This document shows, in pieces, positions 39,601 through 52,600 of a DNA stretch of 64,000 nt. The DNA comes from Yuukianura sp. NJ FZ-2021 (Eukaryota). The stretch's first letter is position 1. Each line of letters begins with the position of its first letter. The notes beneath the pieces were generated by a model, which ran no database searches, had not been told where the DNA came from, and was given only the letters and a program-made list of their open reading frames with translations. The translations under genes were made by a program, and so were the position numbers. The stretch is taken from the NCBI GenBank assembly GCA_046563655.1, contig CM102289.1:4402001-4466000 (forward strand), read 5' to 3'.

Positions 39601-40662
39601 CTGAGACAAAGCACTGGATACGCGCTTAAAGTTTTCTCTAATGCGAGTCCCCTGGAAAATTTGCATTCAATCAAACGAACGTTCCATTTCCGCCGAACAC
39701 TAAAAGCTGTTAAAAAGAAAGTTTTTGGATGTTAGCGCCACACGAAACGAAAGTGTTAAAGCAGAAAAGTTTGAAAGGAACTTTAAATGAACCGGACGTG
39801 TTTGGTGTCACACTCTCCGCCCTGTCGAATAATAAGCAAACATTCCCGTGTTATGTTCAAATCGTCCTGTTCAAACAGATAACACAGGTTATACGAACTT
39901 CTGGGCTGGAAAAATTGGAAAAAAATTCTTTTCTTATAAAAATTTGTAAACAAGAAAATTGGTTGACACGCGACGGTGACATGCTCAACATATTACATCA
40001 TCGATTCCTCGGTAACAAGAAAGTCTCAGCGGCAGACGTCTTGAGAGTAGCTGAAATCGATCACTTAAAGGTGCAAAAGAGGTGACGCTGTTCTGGAAAA
40101 TATTTTTCGAACGTAGCAGTAATTTTTTCTCATGTTATCGTTTCCGTTCAGACTAATACTTTTTTTGTTCTCGAAAATTTCTTTAAAAAATGGGCTCGGA
40201 ATGTTCACGACAATAAATTTATTCTTGGCACAAAATAATAAATAAGCTTTGTAAGGTTATTTTTAAGTAGACAGGATTCGCCGCTAGTAAGCGTTCATAA
40301 AGCTGCCATCTTTCTCTGAAATACTCTCCGTATTATTGCACTACTCACTCAGTAATAATCAAAATTTATATTGAAAAGCATAGCCAAACCTTCAATCAAA
40401 AAGTTTAGAAAATTTCACGATGAAAAGACTACAAGTACTATTAAATGCGTTATTGCTCTGCTCCCTTCAAAGTGAGGTTGAATTATAGCTGACTAACATT
40501 TTAGGCTGACTTAATAAATCATAATAATCTTACTAGCCAAAAATTTACTTAACTAAAACATCCAGTGGTTTGAAAAAACTCGCAGAATGAAATCACACAT
40601 CTTGTACTGCACAAATTTTTTAGAAATTGGGAATATACTGTTTATACTGGTCCCTCTGTAAA

Positions 40663-43600
40663 TTACAAGTTAGTTGCTTTCTTTCGTCGAAGGAAGCTCA
40701 TTAGGCCGCTGGATTTCTTGTCCTTGGACTTTTGTGAATGTGAGGCAGGAGAATCACTCTCCGAGGAACTTTCACTCAATCGACGTCGATGTTTTTCCGG
40801 TGTTACGGAGGTTTGCCGTCGTTCATGGATTGGCGCATTGCTACTCCCAGGAGGAAGCGTACCTGGGGGTAGCGATGCTGTTTTGGAAAACCTCAGGTCG
40901 TGACGTTTTGAAATATCAGATTCCGCTGCAAAAAGAAACAATGAAATCGAATAAGTAAATGAAATAGAAAATATGAAGTAATAGTACTTTACAAAAGCAG
41001 GTTTCGAACAAGTCGAAAGCAGCATAAAAGTAACACAACAACAAATTTTAAAGAAAAAAGCACAAAACTTGACCAACCAATGTGTTGGTAAGGAATTGCA
41101 TTCCGTTGATCCACATTCATCGTAGAGGGAGGTTGATGGGGAAATTCCATTTGACTTTCTAGGAATCGTTTTCCGAGTGGAGGAAGCAGATGAGTTGGCG
41201 GGGTTTTTAGCGGTAAAGGCAACGGAGGTGGACCGAGGCCAACTTCAAGTTTCATAAAAAGCGGCACATGGAATGAAGCAAACGATGACACAAACATTTA
41301 AGGCAAGTTGCGATGTTTTTGAACATGCTCTATGCGCATAAGCTGCTAAATTTTACTACTTCTTTTATATAATAAGTCCGTGCTAACATGCAAAAAGTAA
41401 GTTAGAAGATGTTGTTACCTCTATCGAGTGAAAATCTCTTCTGCGCACGCCCGTCCGGCTCGTCACCGGCCCCGGAATGCCCATTTCCAAAACTTCTGTT
41501 TCCGTTAGTACTAGTGGTAGGGCTCTGGTAGACTGGCACAGGACTCGGTTTAATCTCTAACGTACTCCCTGCCGGTGAGGTACTGTCAGTACTTAATTTC
41601 TTCGGCAAGCTATCGATACTGGAAGTACGCGGAGGGAGCGGTGGTTTATGAGCAAGTCGAGGCTCCTCGGAATCCTGAAACACAAAGTAATTTATAAAGT
41701 TATTTCTCCACATACTACGATATTTCCTTTAATGTCACCCTCCTCTAACTTTACAAGCAAAAACAGACTAACTACGACTTAAGAGTGGATTTAAAACAAA
41801 GCAAAAGAAATAAGCCAAACAACAAACCTTTAAAACGTCTGTATTGGCATATACTGGCTCTCTTGATCTAGGCTGCGCAAGGGCTCTTCTCCCAGTATCT
41901 GGCGTTTGGGAATCCGTTGATGAAGATGAGCTGGCATCTCCGTCGTCACCGCCGCTTTGATCCTGACGTCTACCCGTACGACCTCGACTTGGCGGGGTTT
42001 CTGTAGGACTCAAGGAATCACGACTTTGACGTACAACTGCTGCATCACTGGATCCATGAAAGCGCTATATGCATGCCATGGAAATAATAATAAATAATAA
42101 TAAGCCACTCAAATTGCAGTTTCGCAGTTTCAAACCAAAAACAAAAAGAGGTGCTACACGTTGATTTTTTAAGATAAAAATCAAACAACATGCTTTTCTA
42201 CACGATGAGTTAACAATCTAATGATGTTTTAGTCAAGATAAAACTTAAAACAAATCCATACATGCATAACTTACCGACTGGGATTCGTAACTCATCAACT
42301 GTTGACTTGGAGGAATCTCAGCATGGAAGGAAATTTTGGCAATCCAGTTTGCCATGATGGCTTCTGTGTCAGAGGTAAATAAGTACTCCGACCCGTCAGT
42401 TGGCTTGATTCTGCATAAAACAAGTTTGAAAGTGAACTGACAATTCTTAATTTTGAATCATTGAAAAATTCATCACTTTAGTAAGGACGTACCTGAAGAC
42501 GTGTTTACGTTTTGTATAGTCCGAAGCCTTTTCGCACTTAGCTTCGTACACAACGATCGGAGTACTGCCGGCCTTGCTGGCGAGGAAATCTTCTCTGTCC
42601 TTGAAGAAACAAAGTAAATGGCCGCAAAGAACAACGTAAAAGTGTTTCCATGATCGAAGAGCTGCTTTCTTCCCGCCACATTGAAGCTCGTGCTTTCTCT
42701 CCAAGAAGCCCTCCATTTCTGCTGGTGGCAAGTCGCCCACGTTCTCCATTTTCTTCAATTTTCGGAAACTTTGAGTTCTTCGCCTCGTGGTAAAACTCGG
42801 AGTGCGCTTCGGTTTCTTGCCGCCATCGCTCTTGAAACTTTCGGCTCGTTTCACATCCCCTAAAACAAAGTAGATTACACTTGTGACTGATTTATTCACG
42901 CTATACTTAACTGTATTTCCACCCGCTCCCAACACTGTGAAAGCAGTGCAACAACAACAACAGCAAAGCACTAAACTCCATACCCGAGTAAGTCAAGCAA
43001 TTAAATAATAGTAATAAGAAAGTTTCGTCTTGCTGGATCGCTTAAGCGTGTAAATTTTTTCGCAGTGCAAAAACCTTCTTGAAGAAAGCGAATACTGTCG
43101 ACGTGTCAATCCGCAGTCGGTTCGAAACAGTGCAGAAGGCAACGCTACAAAGGTGAAAATGACGAAACGTGTAAAGCCAAAGACTAAACTACTTAGAATT
43201 GAAACGATTTTGAAAGACACATCATCAAAAGAAGACGCGTTCCCCGTCATCACAACAAACTCACCAACTTTTATGACTGGTGCCAGAAATGAATTTTTGA
43301 CCTCGCCTGGATCACTTCCTGAATTGAATAAGGCAAGACGAAAAGTTTGAAATTATAAGAACAAAAGAGTTAGAAAATGCATGCAAGAACCTCCATCTTC
43401 GTAGTTAACTTCATGCAAAGTGGTTATGTTTCCCATAAGGCACCCAATTTACCAATCTCAAAATTGTTACTTCAACTTCCCATTTCACCTTTACAAATGC
43501 TTACCTCGTCGTAATGATCCAAAGAAATGACTAGGGTCCAGAAAATGTCCGCTAGTAAGTCAATAGCAAAAGAAAGTAAATTAAGTTAAAAATTAAAGTC

Positions 43601-46600
43601 AATTATAATTACAATTCGTTGTAAATTCATACCGGTTAGGTTCGTTCAGCTTCTCTGACGATCGTGATTGGCCTTTCCCCAGCGTATCCGAGTCGTCACG
43701 AGTGATCTTAATTTCTTGCGTGCGACGTCGCTCGTCTTCTCTCTTCCTCTCCTCAGTAATTCTAAGAACTTCTTTGCGTTTTATGGATTCAACTCGTTCC
43801 TTCTCAGCTCGCTTCGCTTCCTCTCGTTTGGCATCCTCCTCTTTCTTACGCTGATTCATAAAAGCATTTTCAATTAGGGTGGTCCTCTTCAGAGCTTCTA
43901 ATTTTTCTGATTGAGCATCAATTGTCTTTTCAAAATCATCGTGTTGGCGAATTAGTTCCTCAACTTCAGCAATTGAATCTCCTAGAGCTGGATCCCGAAT
44001 TATTGGTTCGCGTGTTGAGAGCCAAGAATCCAAATGAGAAAGATCTCGAAGGAAAATTTGGCAGTCGAGGTTCTGTTCATAGATTTCCTTTCGAGTTTCA
44101 CACATCTTTCTCAAAAAGTCCCAGCGCTGATTCAAAAGTTCTACTTTTTCTTCTATTTCGTCTGCTAAGAAATGACCTTCCCGAATCAACGTTTTTCCTG
44201 TAGTAGAGAAAGTGTCGAATGTCTCTTCTCTGGCATCAATTTCCTTTTGATATTCTCGGTGGCGAAATATGAGTGCCTCGGCTCCAGCAACATCTTTGGC
44301 CAGCTCCGGTGCTGACACCTTTGCAATGGTTTCGTTTACCCAGGCAAGTAGTTCTCTGTAAGTGCCAAAGTATGCTTGAAGTTGTTCCGCCTGCTGCAGT
44401 TTGTCGCGCCTGACTGCTGCCCTCTCCAAGAGATCGTTCCATGACTCTACTGTATCTTCATGTTTCACTTCAATATGCTCTCGGGCATCTGGAAACAATT
44501 CGGCCAGCCTCTTCGCTTCTGTAACAACTGCTTCAACCTGATCCTTGACTGCAGCCAAATCGCGCTCAAACGCTTGATGTTTTCTAACTAGCGCCTGGAT
44601 GCTCTCTAGGTCATGTCCATAATCTTCCGTACTGATTGCCGCGTCTTTTTCTGTTATCCAACCAATTGTTTCGTCGGCTGTCCGGTCAAACATATGAACC
44701 TAAAACAGGAAGTAAGTAATTAATGTATTTTTATAATAAAACATGAAATGTTTATAACACTAACCTGCTTGGCCCCAGCTAGAGCCTCTTGCCGAGCGCT
44801 TGCCAACTCCTTGAACTCTTCCCACATTTGTTGAATTTCCTTGATTTTGTTCGTAACTTTCTCAGGTTCCGGATGTCCCTCATCCAGTAAATCTTCAGAT
44901 AATAGAATAACGATTAATTTTGAAGGATTAAAGTGAAAAAAACTAGTTACTATTTGTATCAAATGGTGAGCTAGAGCTAACCTTTTCCGGCATGATGGAC
45001 TCCAGCAATTCGATTCTCTCCGGCGTTATTCATAGTTACCACAAAGGCCTCAAACTTTTGAATAAGAATTTCCACATGTTCAACATCTCTTCCGTAGTCT
45101 TCGGAGCCAGCAGTGTTCATCTAAAAATGAAACAAAACATTATACATTAGATTCAATCGATTAAAGCTAATCCTAAATCCAAATTGAACTGATTATAGTA
45201 CGTACGGAATCTTGAATCCATTCGCCAACTTCGTCAGATTCCCGGAGAAATCTGAAAAGCTTTTTGGCATCCTTGAGTCGCTGCTTTCGTTTATCGCTAA
45301 GTTTTTGCAATTCGATAAATTTTTCCTTAGCTTCAGCAAAAACTTTAGAGATATTTTCAGAGTCAAAATGGTTTCGTTCGACAAGTTCCTGGCTAGTAGA
45401 TTGTAGTTTTTGGATCCTCTTCTCAAATGCTGCCAGATCCCGTTCCAATACCTCCAGTTTCTTCAGAAGTCCTTCAACAGAATCTTCATCTTTCCCGTAA
45501 TCAGTCGACGCAAAGTACGGACGTTTCTCGACCATCCATGTTTCCGCCTCGGTTGTCTCGGCATAGAAAGATTGTGAGTGGAAAGCATCCGTTAAGAGCA
45601 GTTTTCGTTGTTCTGCTTCTTCCTTCAGTTTGGACATTTGCTGTTGCATAACACCCACTTTGGCAGAAACTTGCTCCGATGCAAAGTGATTTGATCGGAT
45701 CATTTGGTGTCCTCGCGTTGTCAAACTCTGTACAAATGGTTCATGAGTTTGTATTTCCGATTCCAGTGCTTGGTGTTTCTTCAAAAGACTTTGAACATTG
45801 GCAAGAGAGCTGCCCAAATCCTTGGAACAGGCTAGCGGTTCCTTTTCGTTGAGCCACTGAACTTCATCGTCTAAATCACGCAAAAACTGATACAACTTCA
45901 GTGCGTCTTCCAGATTTTCTTTCCTAATATGCATTGGCTCTTGGAGGAGATTGTATCGCTTCACAATTGAATCCACTCTGGTTTGAATTTCATCCGACAG
46001 AAAATGATTTGCAGCCTGAAACGCCTTGGCAGATTCTTTGATTTGTGTTATTTGGTCAGAATGATTTGTAAAATCTCGGTCCAGTTGCTGCCACTTCTTG
46101 AGGAGATGTTGAACAGTAGCTAAATCTTTGCCATGATCTTCTGACTCTAGTTGTTGCTCCATATCATCAATCCATTCTTCCAAATCATCCAAGTTTTGAT
46201 GAAACAAAAGAGACTGATAGGCTTCTTGAAGGCGATCCCGCTTAAGAGCAGAAGCGTCATGAAGTTGTCTCCACAAACTACGAATGTCGAACAGTCTGGC
46301 CAAAATTTCTTCGGCAGCGAAATGCTCCTTTTCTCCCGACAGCAGAATTTCTCCTTCTTCATTTATAGCGGTGACCCGACTTTCATTCGCTGCTAACTCA
46401 GAATCAAATGCTTGTTGTTTCTGTATCTTGCTCTGCAAATTTGTTCCGTCACGATAGTTTTCATCTCCAGCAAGTTGCATCTTCTCCAACACCCATCCTT
46501 CCACTTCATGAGCATTTCTTAGGAATTGGTAAAACGCCTTCGATGCTAACAATTTTGAGTGTCTTAGCGCTGACGCCTTCTTCACCCGGCGTTGTGATGA

Positions 46601-49600
46601 CTCAATTCCCTTAATGCGATTTCGAATGCTGTCACTGGAGTAATGGCCAGAGTTGAGGAGACTATTGCCAAACTTCTTAAGGTCTTCAACTCTCCCAAGC
46701 TGAACGTCCATTGTATTTTCAAATTCAGCGTGCTTTCGAATTAGCGTCTCTACGGCTGAAGTGGAGTCTCCCAAATCAGAGTTGTTCAGAAAAGCTTCTT
46801 TGTCACGAATAACAGAATCAGCCTCGTCGGCCATACTGTTGAACAGTTGAAGTTTGTGGGCTTGTTTTAGTTTGTTCTCTCTCTGGGTACAACTGTCATT
46901 CAACTTTGTTTTCAGCGCCGCCAAATCTTTCACGATTTGAATTAATTCTGATTCGGCTGAATGCCCTTCCTTGATCAATCGATTTCCAAATGCAGTCAAG
47001 TACTCAAAATTGTTCTGCCTCCCGAAGATTTCTGCTTTGCGTTCTTCATGTAACTGAAGTAGAGCTTCCGCTTCGACTGTAGTTTTCGGTAACTCTCCTG
47101 AGTCCATTTTCCCAAGCATGTCTTCTGCCCAAATCTCAAGGTCTCTAACTTCTTTCAAAAACTTTTGAAAAGTGTGTGATTCCGTAAGAACGTTACGTCG
47201 ACTCAAGCAGGCATCACTTAGAGCACCCCATCGCTCTTGTAAGGATTTCAGCTTCTCTTTCAAAGATTTAGCAGACTCTGGATATTTTCGACTTAACTTC
47301 TCTTCTTCCTCCGTCAAGTCCATTATTTTCTGACTAATTGCGCTTACATCACGATCAAGAGTTTCTTGTTTTCGAATAAGGAGTTCCACAGACATCAAAT
47401 CCTTTCCAGTATCCTCAGATGCTAGCAACAAAATCTTCTCGTTAATTCTCTCCTTTGTGTCATCCGTGTCTCTAAAGAAGGCATGTATTTCCAAAGCTCC
47501 TGAAAGCGTTCCACGGTATTTGTTCAAGGCTCCCGCCAAATCCTTCCATTTCGCATTGAGTCTATTTCTCCGTTCATCAATCGCGTCGCATGTGGCATTA
47601 TGTTCTTTCTTCGGATGTTGACCCAGTAGTTTTTCTGTCAAAGTATTAATGTGCTTAATCCTTTGGTCATCCACCCGCATATCAGAGTTGACGTCGTCCA
47701 ACTTCTTTTGGATTTCTAGACAATGCTCATAGTCTCTTCCAACATCTCCAGCTCCTACTAGCAACTCTTTTTCGCGAATCCAAGCTTCAACTTTCTCGAC
47801 CTGATTGTTTAAGTCCAGTATTCCTTGAGCCTCTTCAAGTCCTTTTCCACATTCATTGGACTCTTTCAAAAGAGTATTCCAGTTCTTTACAAGCTTCTGA
47901 AGTTGGTTGTCAATTTCCTCCGATTTTTCAGGGTTTTTATGTTTCAACTGAGCTCCATTGTCCAAAATGTGCTGGATCCTTGAACGATTTGCTTCCAGTT
48001 CGGCTTCAAATGCTTGGTGTTTCTTCAATTTCTTGATTTTTGATTCCAAATCGACAACAGCAGCTTGTGATGCTTCATAGTCCAATTTCTTTTTCTTCTC
48101 GTCAATCCACAATTCGGCTTCAGCCACATCCCGTAAAAACTGGACATAAAATAGCGTCACGGCAAGCCGGTCCCGTTTCTTTTTCGACATTGCTTGAACA
48201 TTGTTTCGGTGATTCACGACTTCTTCAATCCTTGCCTTTACTTTTGCTGACTCAAAGTGATTTTGTCGTACGAGTTTATTCCCATGCTCTTCCAGGAGAC
48301 TGAACTTTTCTTTCTGTGTAGCAAGTAACTTCTCAAAAGCATCATGTTTCTTAACAGAAGCATCAACTTCTTCAACAGTATTTCCAATATCAGGGTTCGA
48401 CAGTGTTAGTTCTTGCCCACTGCAAATGGAATCTAACTGTTTTGCATCTCGGAGGAAGAGTTGGAGATCAATAAGTTGATCCAAGTAGATTTTCTTCTTT
48501 TCCCAAGCCAATAGAAGTTTCTCCTTCTCTCTGAACAAAATGTCCAGCTTATCTCGTACTTCCGCTGATGCTGAATGCCCATCTGCTATCATTCGATTTC
48601 CAAGCTTTTTGGCTGACTCGAAATTTTCTACCCGAGCTTCAATTTCACTGTTATGTCGCTCGTGTTCAGTCATCAAGTTCTGAGCTCCTTGGATGTTTCT
48701 CACTTGGTCATGAGTTACAAGCGTAGCTTGTAGATTTGTTGCCCAATTCATGAGATCTCTAACCTGTTAGACCATAATGTTCTATGTAAAATATTTCACA
48801 TGTCAATTTTTCATGTTTCCAAAATATTACCATTGAAGAAAAACGATGAAAGTCACAAGCAGCTTCCAGCTCATCCTTCTTATTAGCTGCACGACTCTGT
48901 AGTTCGTTCCAACTGTCGACCACAGCGCTTTGCTCAGTCATGATGTTCTCTGCATTTGTTGGGTACACGGTTTGTAATTTTTCGGCGTCTTCAACCAATA
49001 CCTTAATGACATTCCAAACGACGCGTTACAAAATGTTGACAAATCAAAGATTTTTTTCGTTTTGAAGTTTACCTGAAGCTGGGCTTCAAGTGCTAACAAG
49101 TCATTCTCGAATGCTTCATGGAGACGCAGCATACCCTCACATGCGTTAACATCACGTCCGACACCTTCCGGGATGAACGAAACCTTCTCCTGAATACGCG
49201 CAAGTGCATCAGCTACATCTCGATGAAACCGATGTATCTCCCCTGCTCCATGAAGCTTAATGTCACGGGCCTCAATATGTCCAAGCAAGTTTTGCCACTT
49301 CACACTATAAAAACATCAACAATCACATATCTCACTACATTAAAGTTAAACTAAGGCGATTGCGGCTTCACAGGCTACTTTTTATAGTAGTGTAGCCATC
49401 GATAGCGAGACACACCGTCACCACAAGGGTTATGTACTAAATAAAAATTAGAGTAAGATACTAATTCGCTTATTGCTAGCTTACCAAACAGCGTCATGCT
49501 TCAGTGCAACTAATTCTGGGATATCATCACTACAAAATAAGAAAGCAAACGAAATAGTAGTTGTTAATATTAATTACTACTAGAAGTAAGAACCAAAACC

Positions 49601-52600
49601 ACCAAGCCAAAAAACAGGATTAATGCAAAACACGTTGAAGCAAATTCACAAACAGAAATCAGAAAAAACTTACTGGAGGTTGGTGATTCCATCATGTACT
49701 GCCTCAGCGTGCATGTTATTACTTGAGATAAGTTTCTTGGCGAGTTCGTCCAGGAGCTTGAAGCGTTCCGAATTGGCATCCACTCGAAGTTTGAAGTCAT
49801 TGAATTTGGAATGAAGGATCTAAATTTCAATCACACAAAACTTGTTAAAGTGAAAAAAGAATCAATAGTTGGCCAGTTCAAAATTGTACCAATAAATGCT
49901 CGTAATCTTGACCGTAATCATCTGATCTAGCAGTTTGCAGCTGATCGTCAATCCATTTCTCAAAATCTTCTGCTTCAAGGAAGTACTCATGTCGCTGCAT
50001 ACTTTCCATAAGTTTTCGTCGTCTTTCATTAGCCGCTTGCTTCAAGTTCTTCATCTGTTGAACTATGGCTTCCTGCTTGTTGTTGATTATTTTGGAATCA
50101 GGATGCTTGGCATTCACCATTCCTTGAGCCATGTTACCCATCTCTTTGACAAGACCATTGTAAGAGTCCATTTCCAGCTCCAACGACTAAAATTTACATT
50201 TACATGTATTTAGAACGTTCAAAATCCACGCGTGTGAAAATCTTACTCTTTTATGAACTGACCTTATGTTTTGTTAGAAACTTCACCGAGGCATCTTTGT
50301 CTTTCCCGTAATCTGTTGAAGAGAGTAGACTATTCTTTTCGTTCATCCAAGCTTCGACTTCAGACGATTCGTTGAAGAATTGTTGCGCCTTCAACGCAAG
50401 TTCTAGCCGTTTATTCCTATCTTCCGTTGCTTTTTCCAGTTCTTCCCAGGCTTTCTTCAATTTCTTGCATTGGTCCTTGACCTGAAAGCATAAGACGAGC
50501 ATAATCAATTGGGCAATTCCTAAAACTTAGAATCATTTCATTCATACATTGTCTTTTTGCGGGTGCTGCTTTTCGACAAGTTCCTCTCCTTTAGTAAATG
50601 TCTTCTTAATCATCGGTGCGTGTCCAGCAATTTCGCCTTCCAATTTCTTATGTTTCTTGAAGAGGCTTTGAGCTTGGTGCAAATCTTGTGGTAATGCGTC
50701 GGATGAAACAGCCGTTAGTCGTTCTTTGATCCAATGCATTTGTGCATCAACTTCAAAAGTGAAGTCGAAATACTGAAGTGCCTCTTCAAGGTTCTTCCTT
50801 CTCCTTGCTGCGGGACCTTTCAACTCATTGAGCCTCTCTTGACATTCTTTGCTTTGTTTCACAATATTCGGGGCATCAAAATGTCCATCCGATCCTGAAA
50901 AAGTAGTCAAAATTTGATTAAAGGTGATGCACAGTCATAACTTTTTTTAGGTATAGTTAGTTACTTACCCATTTCTTCTCCGAGATTTACAAGATCTTCA
51001 ATTTTAATATCCCATTGAATGATGTCCGCTTCAAGAAGTTGGTGCCTTTGGAGCATCTCTTTACAGGCTCTACGATCCGATCCTTCTTCCTTCGACCGTA
51101 GAACATTTCCCATCTCGTCCAACTTTTCTCGAACGCTTTCCAATCGCTTGTAGTAAGTATGCTGGGCTTCAGCTTGTCGCAATTTGTTCCCTTTCTCGTC
51201 AGACTGTACACGAAGGTTAGCCCAAGCCTCATTCAGCTTCTCCAGCATGTCTTCAATTTCATCTTTCCTGTAGTTATCATTGTCTTGAATCAGTTTCAAA
51301 CCAGCTCGATTGATTGAACGCAGTCGAATTTCATTTGCTCGTAATTCTCCGGCGAAAGCTTCGTGCTTTTGTAACTTTCGCTCGAGATTTGTTAATTCTT
51401 TGTATGACTCATCAGAAGCAGTGGCTGTTTTGTCTCCAATCCACTCCATCATGTCATCAACGTCTGTCTTGAACTCGTGATATTTAAGTGATGTTCCAAG
51501 TGCTGCTTTTCTTGCTTTCGAGCGGTTCTTGACTGCTTGTCGTTTAGCCAAAACTTGATCTCTTCTGTCCTCGATGTTCTTGCTATCGAAATGCTTAGCA
51601 TCAATAAGTTTTGAAGCCATTTCACTAAAAGCCTTCAGTCTCTCATCCTGAGCAACCAGTGTATTTTCAAAATCATTGTGTCTCTTCAGAAGGCCCTCAA
51701 CTTCATCCAAACCATTTCCCAAATTTTCAAAGTCAAGGAATGCATGATGACCTGCCGTGGCAGTGTCAATGTGATCCGCTTCATGGATAAATGCTTGCAA
51801 CTCTCGTACTTGTTGTAGCCAATTTCCTTTTTCTTGCCATCCACGATGGAGCATTGTTCTGGCTGCTTTGAGATCCTCAATTCTATCAGCCACTTCAGAA
51901 GAATTTGGAGTTCGATGTAAGATACTAGCTCCTAGTTCAATAACCTCATTGAATTCATCTTCATGTGCTCTGATGTCATCTCCAAGGTCAGAATGCTTCT
52001 TTAGTAGAGCCTCGGCCATTGACACGTCTTTTGCCGGTTCATGTGCTTTGAGAGTCTCCTTCGTATCGCCTACCCAGCTTAGCAAAGATTTTGAGCTGTG
52101 CATAAAAATTTGTTGTCCGACTGCCTCCTCGAGACGAGCTCTGCGATCAATTGCCTTTGCCTTGAGCTTCTCCCACAGCTCATGGATTTCAGCGAGACGA
52201 TTGTTGACATTTTGTTTTTCATGAGGATAAGACTCTTTGACAGCGGCGCCTAACAACTTTACACGGCTCACTTTCTCTTCAATCGGAGATACTTCACGCT
52301 CCAAGTTTTGATGGCGACGCTGAAGGGCTTGAACTGTTTTCAAGTCTTGTCCCATGTCATCCGTGTCAATTTGCCTCATCTTTTCTATCACCCAGTCTCG
52401 AGCCTCATCGCACGTTCTGAAACACATATTTCATTGTACATAATTTTTTCTCCCGGATATTGCACAAAACTTGCAGAAAGTTACCGATTGAAGAGTTCGA
52501 CACTAGAAGCTCCTTCCAGAGACCGTTCTTTTGTACTTTTCAACTGGTTGAGGTTATCGTACAATTGGTGAATGTGTTTTTGTCGTTCTCGTACTTTGTC

